Shown here piece after piece: positions 41,707-54,100 of a DNA stretch of 64,000 nucleotides (position 1 is its first letter; each line of letters opens with the position of its first letter). The DNA is from Podarcis tiliguerta (Eukaryota), in assembly GCA_965153285.1 (NCBI GenBank), contig OZ229116.1; one strand, given 5' to 3'. A model generated the notes under the pieces. It was given only the letters and a program-made list of their open reading frames with translations, made no database searches and was not told the DNA's origin. Both the position numbers and the translations under genes were made by a program.

Positions 41707-41873
41707 CTCCAGATGCTCTAAAATATAGGGAGGGTTTGTCATGCCAAGTCTTAGCATTGCTCCTTCAGGGATTACTTCAACCAGCTTCCATAGGAGAGTA
41801 GGGAGGTCTGTGCCAATGTCTCTTCCATAAGCCCCTGTGTCTTCACTGGTCAGCCATATCTCGCATACCCCTT
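41707..41873 (-). CDS. CDKAL1: CDKAL1 internal coding exon (167 nt, approx. human exon 10)
   Basis: Minus strand reads ttgacag|AA GGG GTA TGC ... CTG GAG|gtaact. Encodes (E)[55 protein letters not shown], recognisable CDKAL1 radical-SAM core. Polypyrimidine tract upstream; starts phase 1, ends phase 0. Exon number is from memory. Confidence 0.97.
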
Positions 41874-42572
41874 CTGTCAATAAGAGAAAGAGAAAGATAA
41901 TTAACAAATCTGCTTTTGAGCTTGTTATTTTATCATACAGCTGCTCACTCTTTTTAATGCACTATTTCATAAACTAAACTATTATGCCGCCAGTCTGGTT
42001 ATTCAATTGCAAAGAAAGAGAGGTATATCCCTTGGGTAGTAGTGGATTACTGAGTTCATTTTATGAGCATCAGAGTGCTACAACAATGCTGTAAATTATT
42101 GCTTTGGAGTGATTAACATTCACAGCCAGTGACTAATGTGAGACGCCTTTTTAATGCAACTCAGACAGGAGTAAGATTGCACTTCCATCACTAAGACTTT
42201 CTGGCTTATTAAACCATGAGCAAGTACTATATAGTGCTGGTCAAACTGCTAACAGTTAGCTGACTTACGGCCTAGTTAACAGCCTGTAAAAGGCAAAGTA
42301 GCTAAGTCTCAAACAGGCCAAACTGCTGACTATACTGATCATCCCTTATAGGGAAGCAACTGTTACAAACCAAAACCTTTACATGGTATTTACAAGGCTA
42401 TATTAAACTTGACTACTTTAAAAACAACAACCAACCAGTCAGAATGATATGGAGAAATATTCACCTCAAGAAAATGCTTCTTCAAGCAGCTCATGTATGA
42501 CTGAGGTTGCAGGAAATCATATTATTTTACTTGCAGCTTAAAAGAATATGATTCTTGAACATAAGTTATTTA

Positions 42573-42831
42573 CCGTATTTTTTGCTCTATAAGACTCACT
42601 TTTTCCCTCCTAAAAAGTAAGGGGGGATGTGTGTGCGTCTTATGGAGCGAACACAGGCTGTGTAGCTATCCCAGAAGCCAGAACAGCAAGAGGGATTGCT
42701 GCTTTCACTGCGCAGCGATCCCTCTTGCTGTTCTGGCTTCTGAGATTCAGAATATTTCTTTTCTTGTTTTCCTCCTCCAAAAACTAGGTGCGTCTTGTGG
42801 TCTGGTGCGTCTTATAGAGCGAAAAATACGG
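42573..42831 (+). mobile_element. Complete Tc1/mariner-type MITE (259 bp) with internal 31-bp stem
   Basis: TA on both sides (42571-42572, 42832-42833). TIRs CCGTATTTTTTGCTCTATAAGAC / GTCTTATAGAGCGAAAAATACGG. Internal inverted repeat 42672-42702 / 42712-42742. Confidence 0.92.
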
Positions 42832-44068
42832 TACATCTTCCCTTACAAGAAATACTGTTAGACTGCAAGCTTATTTTAGTTATAAAACTCTGTAAACCAC
42901 CACGTAGAATGAGCAGTGGAAAAAAGGCCCCCATTGAGGTCACCATGTTATTTAAGAAGAAATCCTAAATATGGAAAGCCAGAATAATTTACACCATCTT
43001 AAATTAAACCAGCATAAAGTATGCCATATCCGAACTCTGTCCAGGAGCAAGTCTACTGTTGGCTGAGCCATCCTAAGCCTGGCAGAGGGAAGACAAGCCT
43101 TTAAAATAGAGTTTGACTTCACCTTTTTTGCCAGAGTGCATTCTGCCATGTTGCTAGGTTACATGACTGAGCTGATTGGAGTTAGGATCCAGCGTTAAGT
43201 CCTGCCCCACTATGCTCATTTTTCAGGGCTTATGCCAGTGTCAGTTCTGCCAGTCTCAGCTGAGTGGGATGACTGAGTTAGACCAGTGTCTCTCTGGCTG
43301 AGCTAGAGCTGGGGGCTTATACCAGCATAGCCCAGCTGAGCTGGGAAAATGCTGGCACTTGTTCCTGGCTTCATAAACTATAGGAAAGACTGTCCAAACC
43401 CTGGCATGATGTCAGTCCATTTTAATCAATGGAAAATCTCACTTTCCATTTTAATCAATAATGTTGTCACATAAACTATATGAGAGGAAGCACATACATC
43501 AAACACCAGTTAAACAAACAATACGAAAATATTTCATAAAGCAAATCACATAAACAGGACATTAACTACTATTTTCCAGTTGCAAGTGTTCATCAAAACA
43601 ATGTGCAGGCTTTAAAAATGAAGAGTAATCTTCATTATAAATTTCCCAGTCAAATGGTTTCACATTTTTGACCTGTGAAGAGGGTTTCTGGAATGCTGCC
43701 TTGCTGGTGCCAGATGAGTGTAAAGAAATAGTCACCATGAATAGGAATGAAAACAATATTCACATGGAAAAGAACAGCTTTCTCTGAAATCTGCATAGGT
43801 GGGGATCATTAGCCCCCTGGTGGGCTGAAAATTAAATCGTATAAAGAGGAAGCAGCTGCAACAGTAAATTAGCAACAACAGGAATAACTGTCTTTACTGC
43901 TCTACCATCAGGGCGTTAAATAACAGGGAAAGTCTATTATTCATCCAAGCACAAATACAAACTTCTAAAGAATCTCTGCTTTACCCAGCCTGTTTTTATA
44001 TCAAAAACATTAGTTCAATTCATACATCACAGCAAACAATGTAAAGGAAGTTCAACTATGATTTAGTG

Positions 44069-44189
44069 CAGAAGTGGCCAAGCTGTGGCCCTCTGGATGT
44101 CCTAGGCTTCCATTTCGCATCACCCTGGATCACTGGCTATGATAGCTAGGGCTGATGGGAGTTGGAAGACTACAGGTACTGCACATCTG
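44069..44189. mobile_element. Old hAT-like MITE
   Basis: CAG...CTG ends and the internal catcaccct...gggctgatgggagttg segment shared with 52195-52330 and 53995-54100. Confidence 0.55.
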
Positions 44190-47100
44190 GCATAGTACAA
44201 TATGGAAACAGGCCAGCAATGGTTTGATGTGGGTTGTGTACACCCTGGTGTGTGCTAAGTATTTTTTGTTGTGATATAAAAATCAACAAACCAAATCATA
44301 ACATTATATAACTGTATCAACAGCAAAATGTTACAATTTGAAAGTAATTAGTAATAAAGGAACATACCACAGTATTTGGGGGAAATCTATAGTCTGTTGG
44401 CTTGTCTATGTATGCAAGAAAATTGTGACACACTAAAAAAACTACTTCTTCCTAGGTTTAACTTCTGCCTTCCTTATCTACTGACTCAGTATGAGTGTAA
44501 TCACTATTTCACAGGCACCATTTCCTGGGTTATTATTCCTAAAGGATTTTTCAGGGGATTTCCAGCATCATGCCACACAGATTTCATAAGGTATCAACAG
44601 ACTCAACAGAAAGTCTGTAGATGTAGGCTGGTCTCTCTCCTTTCAAAATTTATCACCAATAATTTGGAATTCAAACACCAATAATTTGGGGGTCAAAACT
44701 GCCTTGGTCCCTAGCAGTCGGCACCTATGGTACTGACTGAAATATTAATCTGTAGATGTTTTCCTATATTTTTACTTAGTCTTCTACATCCACAGTCTCT
44801 CCTTCCCAGGCTATGGGATACAACGGAATGTCTTCATTTTTAAAAAAATACAAGAGCAGTTCCTAGTAAAACTAATGCCTTTCCATTTCTCATGGGTCAT
44901 ACTAATGTCCAGAAAATACAGATTCTTGATCTGAAGCCATTCTCATTCTTACATTACATTACAACTTGTGACAGAGACACTGGTACTGCACTCTGGGAAA
45001 AGTTGGTAATTTCTGAGCACAGAATTTCTATTCCATTTCTTCTGATAAGCTAATAAATACATATCAGTATTAATGTGTCTAAATAGATGCTAATGGAACA
45101 AATGTAGAAACCGAAAAAAATCATTGTCAAAGCCCACAGCTAATCTGTGAAGTTGCAATTGTAATGGCTAAAGTACACCAAAAAGCATTGACCTGTCCCT
45201 TGAAACTTTCATATGAGCATTTGAAATGGTAACAGGCTGGATTCTACTGCAGAGTGGTTTGCTGCATGATGTTACTTTGGGTGAAACCTAGCTCTGACCT
45301 TCACCCTCACCCTCATATTCTTATCAATAATTGCCCAGCCACTTTGCCCTTCCTTTTCCAGCAGAGAATTATTTTGGCAGCCTGCCATGTTCTCCAGAAC
45401 ACAGAACTCTCCCCCACCATACCAAACACGTTTTAAAGAAGACCATCTGCCAAGGATAAGCCTGATTTTGAAGTGTTTGTCAAAAATTGCCTGCAGTCTC
45501 AAGGATAATTAATCCAAAATTGCCATTCCTGCTCATGCCCATAGAATTCATCAGTGACACAACATTAGCTCTAAGAAGAAGGAAAAGGCAGATATAGACT
45601 GGAAAGCTTATGAAATCAAATCCAACTAACAGAAGCTCATTGTTAAGGTTAATCTTACCCCACCTAAATTATTTGGCTTTCAATTAAGTGCATACTCCTA
45701 AACTAAAACATAATAATTAAGCAGGTCCTATTTTAGGAATTTAACAAAATTTGGCAAATGTTTCAGATCTAAAGCGTGGAAGCTGCTAATTTTCCAAAAG
45801 CAGAAACTTGCTGCATAATTTCTAATAATAAAATAAACACAGCATGCTCACTTAAAAAAAAAAGACAAGATGAAGAAGGGCTGGAGGAGCAATTTTATTT
45901 TTCTGTTTCATAGTGGTCTATCCCTTCAGCCCAAACAGTGTCTTAAAATAGATTTTAAAAAACATAAACAAAGTGCAAAATGGGGGTGCAGTGGGGGACA
46001 GAAGGACATTTCTGATCACTTCCTTCTGACACACCTGTTATGGTCGCATTTAATTTCGTGCAATCAACATAACATGCATGAATAAAATCATATTGCATTT
46101 CCCTTTAAAGCTATGCACATGTAGGAATATTACACCTTTCCAAGATAATTACACTGTTCTCTGTGCAGTTAAGAGGCTGATTTGCATTCCTTTCCTTTGG
46201 ATTCAACCAGGCACAGCATTTTCCTACTTTAGATCATTTTAAAAAATTCATTCTGAAACTTATTTCTCCCCATCAAACTCAGAAACCTGGTCCATCAAGT
46301 AGGATGCTAATTCCTAAGAGATTAGTCTGAATACTGAGCTCACTGTGGACCTACAATCTGAATTACAAAATTCTTTTTCTCCTCCCTCTGAAGTGGGGTA
46401 GTAAGACTGACTCAGTCCCAAATGGGACCCTCCTTGCCTCACGCTTCATTAAAATGTCTATCCATAAAAAATAAACTAAAATCCTAAACTGTAGACGCAG
46501 GGAGACCAACGTTTAGCTGGGTTGAGGGTACACCCTCTTTCACTTTGCATTTAGGAGAAATGAATACATAGCTTGGCTCTCTCCACAACTATATTAAACA
46601 CATTATTAATAAATGGTGGCATATTGCTTTTCTTGGCATCAGAGGAATAAGACATGATGGATCCAGAGGACAACTATTTGAAGCAAAGCAGATCAGTGCC
46701 AAGAGACTGATAGTTGGACAGATGAGTCAGAGAAGATGGGCAAGCATACAAAGGGAAGAATGGACAGGACTTGAGAATGAGAAGAAGCAGAGATCTGGCC
46801 AAAACAAAGGAAGGTTGGACAGGTGTGGACAAAATGGCTTATTATGTTTCAACTTAATAAGCAGAGATAAACAAGCCAATTGCCCATGAATACAGCCCCT
46901 ACACTGCTTTCAGTAAATGCTTTCATCAAGCCATGAAGTTGCTAATTAACCATAGTTTCTCCTTTTGTCCACAATGGAAAACAATGATCACCAGGATCAG
47001 AAGATGCCAGAATATTAAACAAACTTCAAATGGTGATTAACATCCTGGTTTTTTCATGGTTTCCTAGACACTTCCTGGTTTGATTGCTAGTGCCATAAAG

Positions 47101-48508
47101 AGAGGGGCAAAGGGGCTGCATACCGCAGCTTATTAAGGCAATAATGTTTGAATTAGGTCAATGTGCTGGATCCAACCTAAGTCACACTTGGGTCTCACAG
47201 AAATCAGTCTCAAAAATTATTCATGACCCAATGATTTTTAGGTGCAAATGACTCAAGCTAGATCCTGTTCAATATCTACATGTGAATCACAAGCAAGTCA
47301 TTTGACTTTTTGAAAAATAAAAATAAAACAAATCCTATCTCCTCTTAGAGAGACTGGAAAACTATCTAAGAAGGAGAAACGCCTGAATAATGCATGAAAA
47401 CAACATATTCTGTGACTGAAGAAACTAACTGTAAAAGAAAGGGTATTTTAAAGATAGGCAGTGCCCTTTTTAAAAAGTATGCTCTCTCTCTCTTCTTCAG
47501 TAGATAGGTCTGTGGGATCATTAAATGATAAATGGAGCATAGCCTGTTTCTTTTCCCTTACAATGCAAACCATTGTATTTGCTTATAAAAGAGGTCATTC
47601 TACCCCTACAGGGACTTCTGCTTTTGTGGCCTAGCAAAGTATAAACTAAGAGCCTTGTCTCACAGTTTGCAGTGATGGACCTTCAGTAGAGTGGAGGGGG
47701 ATCTATAATGGCTCACTTGATCACTGCAAACAGTATGATAGCAACACTTTACTAACAAAAACAGACCCTAAAGGAAACCCAGACAGACATAGAAGTCTTC
47801 ATTGTTGTTTTAAGCAGTACCATCTATAATATGCATACACTTTAAAAAGTGGAGCAAGGGTGAGAGAGACTAATTTATGTCATATATCACGATGATAGAT
47901 TGGAGTCTCAGGCCACTCTAAGGCTGCAGCAAAAGTTGAATAATGGATCAGAAAATGCAACATTTCAAATGGACTAGACATGAAGAGGAGAGGGCTTGAT
48001 TTTCCTTTCCCCATTCACACATACATGTACAAAGATTTAGTATTAATACACTAAAACAAACAAGAATCAGTAAAAGCAGCACTATAAAAATCATTAGTGA
48101 CAGGATAACATACAAACTTCAAGGCAAACTATTCAAAGGGAAAAATTCTTCCTAGGCATGCCCAAGCCTTTGGATGTGCCTAAAATAGTACTTTGCCAAT
48201 GCCTGTCTAGCTCTCTTTTGTTCCCTAACATAATTCTTTGTACTGCTCCACTTCAGGAAGACCAGGTCTAAATACTTTGGATTTAGAAAATTCCCTATGG
48301 CATTCTCCCTGCCTCACTCAATGACTCTACAAGATGGCTAACTGCTTTCACTACAATAGAGAAACCAAGCTTAATTTTCAGGAAGACATTCACCTCTTGC
48401 AGGTTCAAGATAAAATGTCTACCCTCTCCTTCTTGAGAAGGAAGAGCTGCTTGACAAAGAATGCCTCATCCCCAGGTGGTGTCAGTACTATCAAAATAGA
48501 TAGGAGTA

Positions 48509-48728
48509 CAGTGGTACCTCGGGTTAAGAACTTCATTGGTTCTGGAGGTCTGTTCTTAACCTGAAACTGTTCTTAACCTGAAGCACCACTTTAGCTAATG
48601 GGGCCTCCCGCTGCACCACTGGCGTGTGATTTCTGTTCTCATCCTGAGGTAAAGTTCTTAACCCGAGGTACTATTTCTGGGTTAGCAGAGTCTGTAACCT
48701 GAAGCGTCTGTAACCCGAGGTACCACTG
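48509..48728 (+). mobile_element. Tc1/mariner-type MITE, family copy 1 (220 bp)
   Basis: Perfect 18-bp TIR CAGTGGTACCTCGGGTTA / TAACCCGAGGTACCACTG with TA on both sides. Confidence 0.93.
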
Positions 48729-48915
48729 TACATGAAAAGCTTGTTTCCTGCTCATATTTTCCTGTACAGATATTCTTGCAGGTGAATCCAGGCTTACTAT
48801 TTCAGAAACCCTGGCTTATGTTATGCACATTCAGGGCTACCCCCTCCCATGGAACTCACCAGAAGTCAGTTCCAGCACCTCTCAGGTGGGTGCCATCACC
48901 ATTTTATTAGTAAGA

Positions 48916-49038
48916 CAGCCTTCCCCAGCTTAATGCCTTCCAAATATTTTGAACTCCAGTTCTGCCAGTCCCAGCTGACTGAGGCTGATGCATGTTGTAG
49001 TCCAAAAGCACCAGGAGGGCACCAGGTATGGTAGAGTG
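48916..49038. mobile_element. Old hAT-like MITE
   Basis: cagccttccccagc...ggctgatgcatgttgtagtccaaaagcaccaggagggcaccagg resembles the other short hAT-like copies in the window. Confidence 0.45.
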
Positions 49039-49844
49039 ATTTAAGGCAGGTCTTTTAAACCTGAAAGAGGGACCATAAAATGGTTTTTAAAAAACCCTAA
49101 AAATTCAAATAAAATCATGACACATCTCACACTGAATGGTGTAGAATGTTTGACTATGTACCATTAAAAAGCAACAGTAACATAGCTGCAAACCATTACA
49201 TGTGTAAGACTAGAATGCATTTGATGGCTTGAGAGGCATATGTAGCATAACAGAAGAACCATTTAGTATTGATGGGCAAGATACCAAAACATACTCAAAT
49301 GTACAGTATTGTTGTAGCTAAAACATCAGACACATATTTTTCAGAATTACAGGCAATCTTAACAGTTTTATGCACACAGCAGGATGTAGGGATGATTAAA
49401 CTATTTAGTACTAAATAAGAGCTACAAGCAGTTTAAAAAACTTGTTTTCATGGAAACAGATGAAATGGGGTTTCACATTTATGTAATACCAAATTATCAT
49501 TAAACATTATTCATGTAAATATAGACTTATTCATGCTTAAAAAAAATTATTACTTTTAAAAAAACTGCTTCGATTGGGAATAAATACATCCATGGTACAT
49601 CCATGATACATATTTCCTTGTGAATAAGTCCTACTTATTGCCATGACATTTATTCCTAGAGAGTTGAGGACTGTAGTCAATGCTGTCAACTAGCATTTGA
49701 ATAGATGGATATTAGCCTTGAAAACCAACATTCAATCACAACGTAAGTCAAACAACTGTCAGAGTATTAGTTTATGATAGAGAAAACGATTTGTTACTAC
49801 CGCAGCCTTTTAAACACCTTGCTTTAATTTGCATATTAAAAATA

Positions 49845-50069
49845 CAGTGGTACCTCGGATTAAGTACTTAATTCGTTCCGGAGGTCTGTTTTTAACCTGA
49901 AGCACCACTTTAGCTAATGGGGCCTCCTGCTGCTGCCACACCACCAGAGCACGATTTGTGTTCTCATCCTGAAGCAAAGTTCTTAACCCGGGGTAATATT
50001 TCTGGGTTAGTGGAGTCTGTAACCTGAAGCATATGTAACCTGAAGCGTATGTAACCCGAGGTACCACTG
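49845..50069 (+). mobile_element. Tc1/mariner-type MITE, family copy 2 (225 bp)
   Basis: TA-CAGTGGTACCTCGGATTA...TAACCCGAGGTACCACTG-TA; interior collinear with 48509-48728. Confidence 0.93.
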
Positions 50070-50939
50070 TATAGGTGGAGTTAACACAAAAAAACACATT
50101 CAGGGATGGGGACATTAATGGAGAAAACTGACACTGTGAGGGAGCTTACACTTTTCCAGAGCCTTTGGATTCTTCTATGTTAATACGCAGTAAGCCAGTA
50201 AGCTGATATTCAGTCTTGGATATATTCAGGCTTGGTGGGGATGAAGAACAGAAGGTTCAAAAGAGCTTGGGGCATTGAAATAGAGTATTGGTGGGTGGGG
50301 TTAAGCATCCAACTCCTATATTAGCAATAATGCCCCCTCCACATCTGACTCATAATGTATAGTTCTATTCGGAGTTTTACTACTTTAAAAAAAATGCTGC
50401 TCAAATCTTTGACATGAATGAAGAGCTCGTAGGATGGTTTCACAGTCAATGAATTCAGACTATTTCAAGTTACATTTTAAGTGTGATCTACTATACAACT
50501 CCCTTCTAACCTTTTATTAAAAGTAGAAAAAAGAAAAATGAGGTATGTTAAACTTATTCTTTATCTCTTGAAATGTCTGTGGCAAGAAAGGTTCTACTTG
50601 AGAGTTATTGAAGGTATTAATTACTCTTGTGGGAATTAGAAAAAAACAGCTTAAAAGGTCTTGAATTGTCTGAAGTTTGACCCCATCCTGTTTAAAACAA
50701 GACATAATTAAACACACTCAAAAAGGGAAATAATAGCAAAATGGAAAATACAGTTTTTGTCTTTGATCATCAAACTGTGTCCCTGGACACAACATGGTTA
50801 TTACACAGAGAAGGGAACCAGAAGGAAGAAGAAATGAAGCATGTAAAGAAAAATAAATCATAAAATTGGAAAAAGGATAGAAAAACATAAATTAAGGCAG
50901 AAGAATTTTCTTCAAGCCCTATTTTATCTTCCAACAAAA

Positions 50940-52040
50940 CCAGCTTGTCAATATCCTTCTTAAATTGTGGTGACCAGAACTGGACACAGTATTTCAGGTG
51001 TGGTCTGACCAAGGCAGAGTAGAGCGGGACTATAAATTCTCTTGATTTGGACACTATACTTCTGTTGACGCAGCTTAGAAGCATTAGTTTTTCTGCTGTT
51101 ATATCACACTGTTGACTCATGTTAAGCTAGAGATCTACTAAAACCCCAGATTCTTTCCACATTTACTACTTGCAAGCCAGGTGTCCCCCATCTTTTATTT
51201 ATGCATATGATTCTTCCTACCTAAGTGTATAACCTTATATTTGCCCCTGTTGAAATTCATTTTGTTAGTTTGGGCCCAGTCCTCTGTTAAGGTTATCATG
51301 AATCCTGATTCTGTCTTCAGAAGCATTGCCCCTTCCTTCCAGTTAGGTGTCATCTGAAAATTTGATGAGCATCCCCTCAATTCCTTCATCTAAGTCATTT
51401 ATAAAGACGTTGAACAATTAACAGGCCCAGGACAGAACCCTGTGGCAGCCAACTTCCCACTTTTCCCCAGCATTACAAGGAACCATTAATGAGCGTTCTT
51501 TGCGTTTGGTCAGTCAACCAGCTACAAATCCACCTAACAGTTACCTCATCCAGTCCACATTTTACCAGCTTCTCTGCAAGAATATCATGCAGGACTTTGT
51601 CAAAAGCCGTGCTGAAGTAAAGATACACTATGTCCACAGCATTCCCCTGATCCACCAAGCTATCAACAAAAGAAATGAGATTCATCTGGCATGACTTGTT
51701 TCTGAGAAACCCACCTGAGTCTTAGTAATCACAGCATCCTTTTCTAAGTGCTTACAGGCTGACTGTTTAAATCTGTTCTAGGACCATTCCTGGTGTTGAT
51801 GCCAAACTCACTGGGCAGTACTAGTTACCTGGGTCTTCTTTCCCTCCCCTTTTAAAGATAGGGATAATATTTGCCCGCCTCTAGTTTGCAAGGACCTCAC
51901 CTGTTCTCCAAAAATTCTCAAAGGTTATAAAGCGTCTAAGATTACATTCACAAACTGCTTTAGTACCCTTGGGTGCAGCTCACAAAGCTTGGCGATTTGA
52001 ATTCATTTAAAGTAGCTAGTATCACCTCTTTTCCTATCTT
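50940..52040 (-). mobile_element. CR1 LINE ORF2 (reverse transcriptase) fragment, frameshifted
   Basis: Minus-strand pieces NLISF..VDQGNAVDIVYLYFSTAFDKVLHDIL, WAQTNKMNFNRGKYKVIHLG and PLYSALVRPHLKYCVQFWSPQFKKDIDKL are hallmark CR1 RT segments lying in different frames. Borders approximate. Confidence 0.92.
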
Positions 52041-52194
52041 TAGTCTTTTATCACCAGATTGGCCACTGCTTTCAAACACTGAACCAGATTTTATGAAACT
52101 AGCTTGTTGAAGCTAACTATGACCAGCAGCTTAGGGTGTGCAAACCTGAGGTTTGCTGCAGCTTATTCTCATGGTGATATACCATAGTTTAGAG

Positions 52195-52330
52195 CAGGGA
52201 TAGCCAACGAAATACCCTCCAAATGATGTGGACTGCAATTCACACCATCCCTGAACATTGACCATGCTGCCTGGGGGCTATGGGAGTTGTAGTGCAAAAT
52301 GTCTGCAGGGCACCACGTCAGCTACCACTT
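52195..52330. mobile_element. Old hAT-like MITE
   Basis: CAGGGATAGC...GCTACCACTT ends, internal ggactgcaatt...gggagttgtagt inverted repeat, imperfect 8-bp TSD GTTTAGAG / GTTTGGTG. Confidence 0.65.
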
Positions 52331-53316
52331 GTTTGGTGTTTCTTCTGAACACGGATAGTAAACTTCGGAAGCAAAGGAAAAACTTGTGGAATTAAATCTT
52401 CATAGGAGTCTTGCACTATTGAATATTTTAATCGTTATGAAACGGCTTATATTCTAAAGACAATTTAGAATATGTTCCTTAAAAAATTTAAACCTCAAGC
52501 ATATATACATTTGACTTTTGAACAAAGGAGTTCTTTTTAAAAATCCTACTTGAAGAGCTGGATTTTTGTCAATTTGCTTTTAGGAATAGATATTCCAGAG
52601 AGACTTCTAGTCACTGTGAATTAATCTAAGTAAACAGGGAACTGCATCTGCTATTTTGAGCATGGTTATATTATTATCCACTTTTCACAAATTGAAAACT
52701 TTGAGAGACTTAAAATATGAAAAACTATTAGCTTGGTAAATATACTGTGAATCCATTTATTGCCTTTTCAATCAAGGCCCAACAATACTTTTACTTCATG
52801 GAATATATTTGTGTCTGCTGGTTTGAAAGCAGACTTTTAAAGCTATTTCTAATAAATCTCCAGAATTAGGATTTTTAAACAGTGCAATCCTAAACTTAAC
52901 TGCTACTGTATTTATACTGGCCTGATTTTCATGGCACAATTATCTAAACTATGGCTTATTGGGACCATGCAAAAGTGCTGGCTTCTGGAGAGGAGCTCAA
53001 AGAGGCTTTGTTCCTCTGCAGTACTTTTTGTTTTGTGTTATTCATGCACATGCTGAGCCAAACCAAAGTTTGTGGTTAAGCTCTCACCTGGCCCACCATG
53101 AGTCTGGCTTACCACATTGAGTGAATACACGCCACTGTGCATTAATTTTTTATTGTTCTTTTATCTTGTTTGAATTGGTTTTTATTGTTGGTGTTTCAAT
53201 CAGTATCTTGTAAACTACCTTGGGATCCTGAGTGCATGAAGGGTGGTTTAAAAGCTGATCACCAGGAAGCGGAGAAGGGGCTGGTGGATGCTGCAGTGAT
53301 CAACATCCCCCTTCTC

Positions 53317-53398
53317 TTTATTGTTGTTAGCCGCCCTGAGCCCGGCTTCGGCTGGGGAGGGCGGGATATAAATAAAATTTATTATTATTATTATTATT
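53317..53398 (+). mobile_element. Short LINE 3' end (L2-like) with (ATT)n tail
   Basis: 53/54 nt match to the reverse complement of 3878-3931; possible TTCTCT target duplication. Confidence 0.75.
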
Positions 53399-53864
53399 CT
53401 CTACTTCTACCCTTATCCCAGATCCTTGAGGACTGGCATCTTTTTCTGGAGGACGGCACCTCCAGAAAGGGCTGGTGGGGGGAAAAGAGGGAGCCCATTC
53501 CTTGCCCGAAACCCTGGTGAGCTGCTGCTGGTCCACTGCCAGTTCACTTCCATGCCTACTGATAGGCAAGGCAACTTGTCAATTTCAATTTCACTCAGTT
53601 TCCCAATCTTATTTTCAGTTCTCTGTATTTCCACATCAGTGTGAGATTTTTCTTTTTAAGTCCTCATGAAAATTAGCCAGCATTTTAGCACAAAGTTCTC
53701 CTAACATGCACATTTTTGCAAGGCAATCTTCCTTAAAAAATAATTCAGGCCATGAGTTGAGAAGCATCGAGCCTGTTCTTTTAAAAACCATGTTTTAACC
53801 TTTTTTTGGTGCATATTATTATCTACGTCAGAGTCACTCAACATGGTAAATTAAAGCCCAAACT

Positions 53865-53985
53865 ATGAAAGCAAAACTAAAGTATATCCCATCTACTGGA
53901 ATTCGCTCCTCTAACCATAAAAGCAAACCATGAAAGCAAAACTAAAGTATATCCCATCTACTGGAATTCGCTCCTCTAACCATAA
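53865..53985. repeat. Perfect 56-bp tandem duplication with 9-bp spacer
   Basis: 53865-53920 is identical to 53930-53985; spacer AAGCAAACC. Confidence 0.95.
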
Positions 53986-53994
53986 CCTTCATTG

Positions 53995-54100
53995 GGTGCT
54001 TTGCAGATGTTTGGTCATCACCCCCATCATCCCTGACCATTGAACAAATTTTCTGGAGGTGATGGATGTTGTAGTCCAACAACATCTGCATAGCACTACA
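53995..54100. mobile_element. Old hAT-like MITE remnant
   Basis: tgcagatgtt...cccatcatccctgaccattg...tgatggatgttgtagtccaacaacatctgca; same family as 52195-52330. Confidence 0.55.

Noticed and set aside
53865-53985. Repeat-spacer-repeat resembling a CRISPR array
   Set aside because: Only two units with a 9-nt spacer, in a vertebrate intron with no cas genes.
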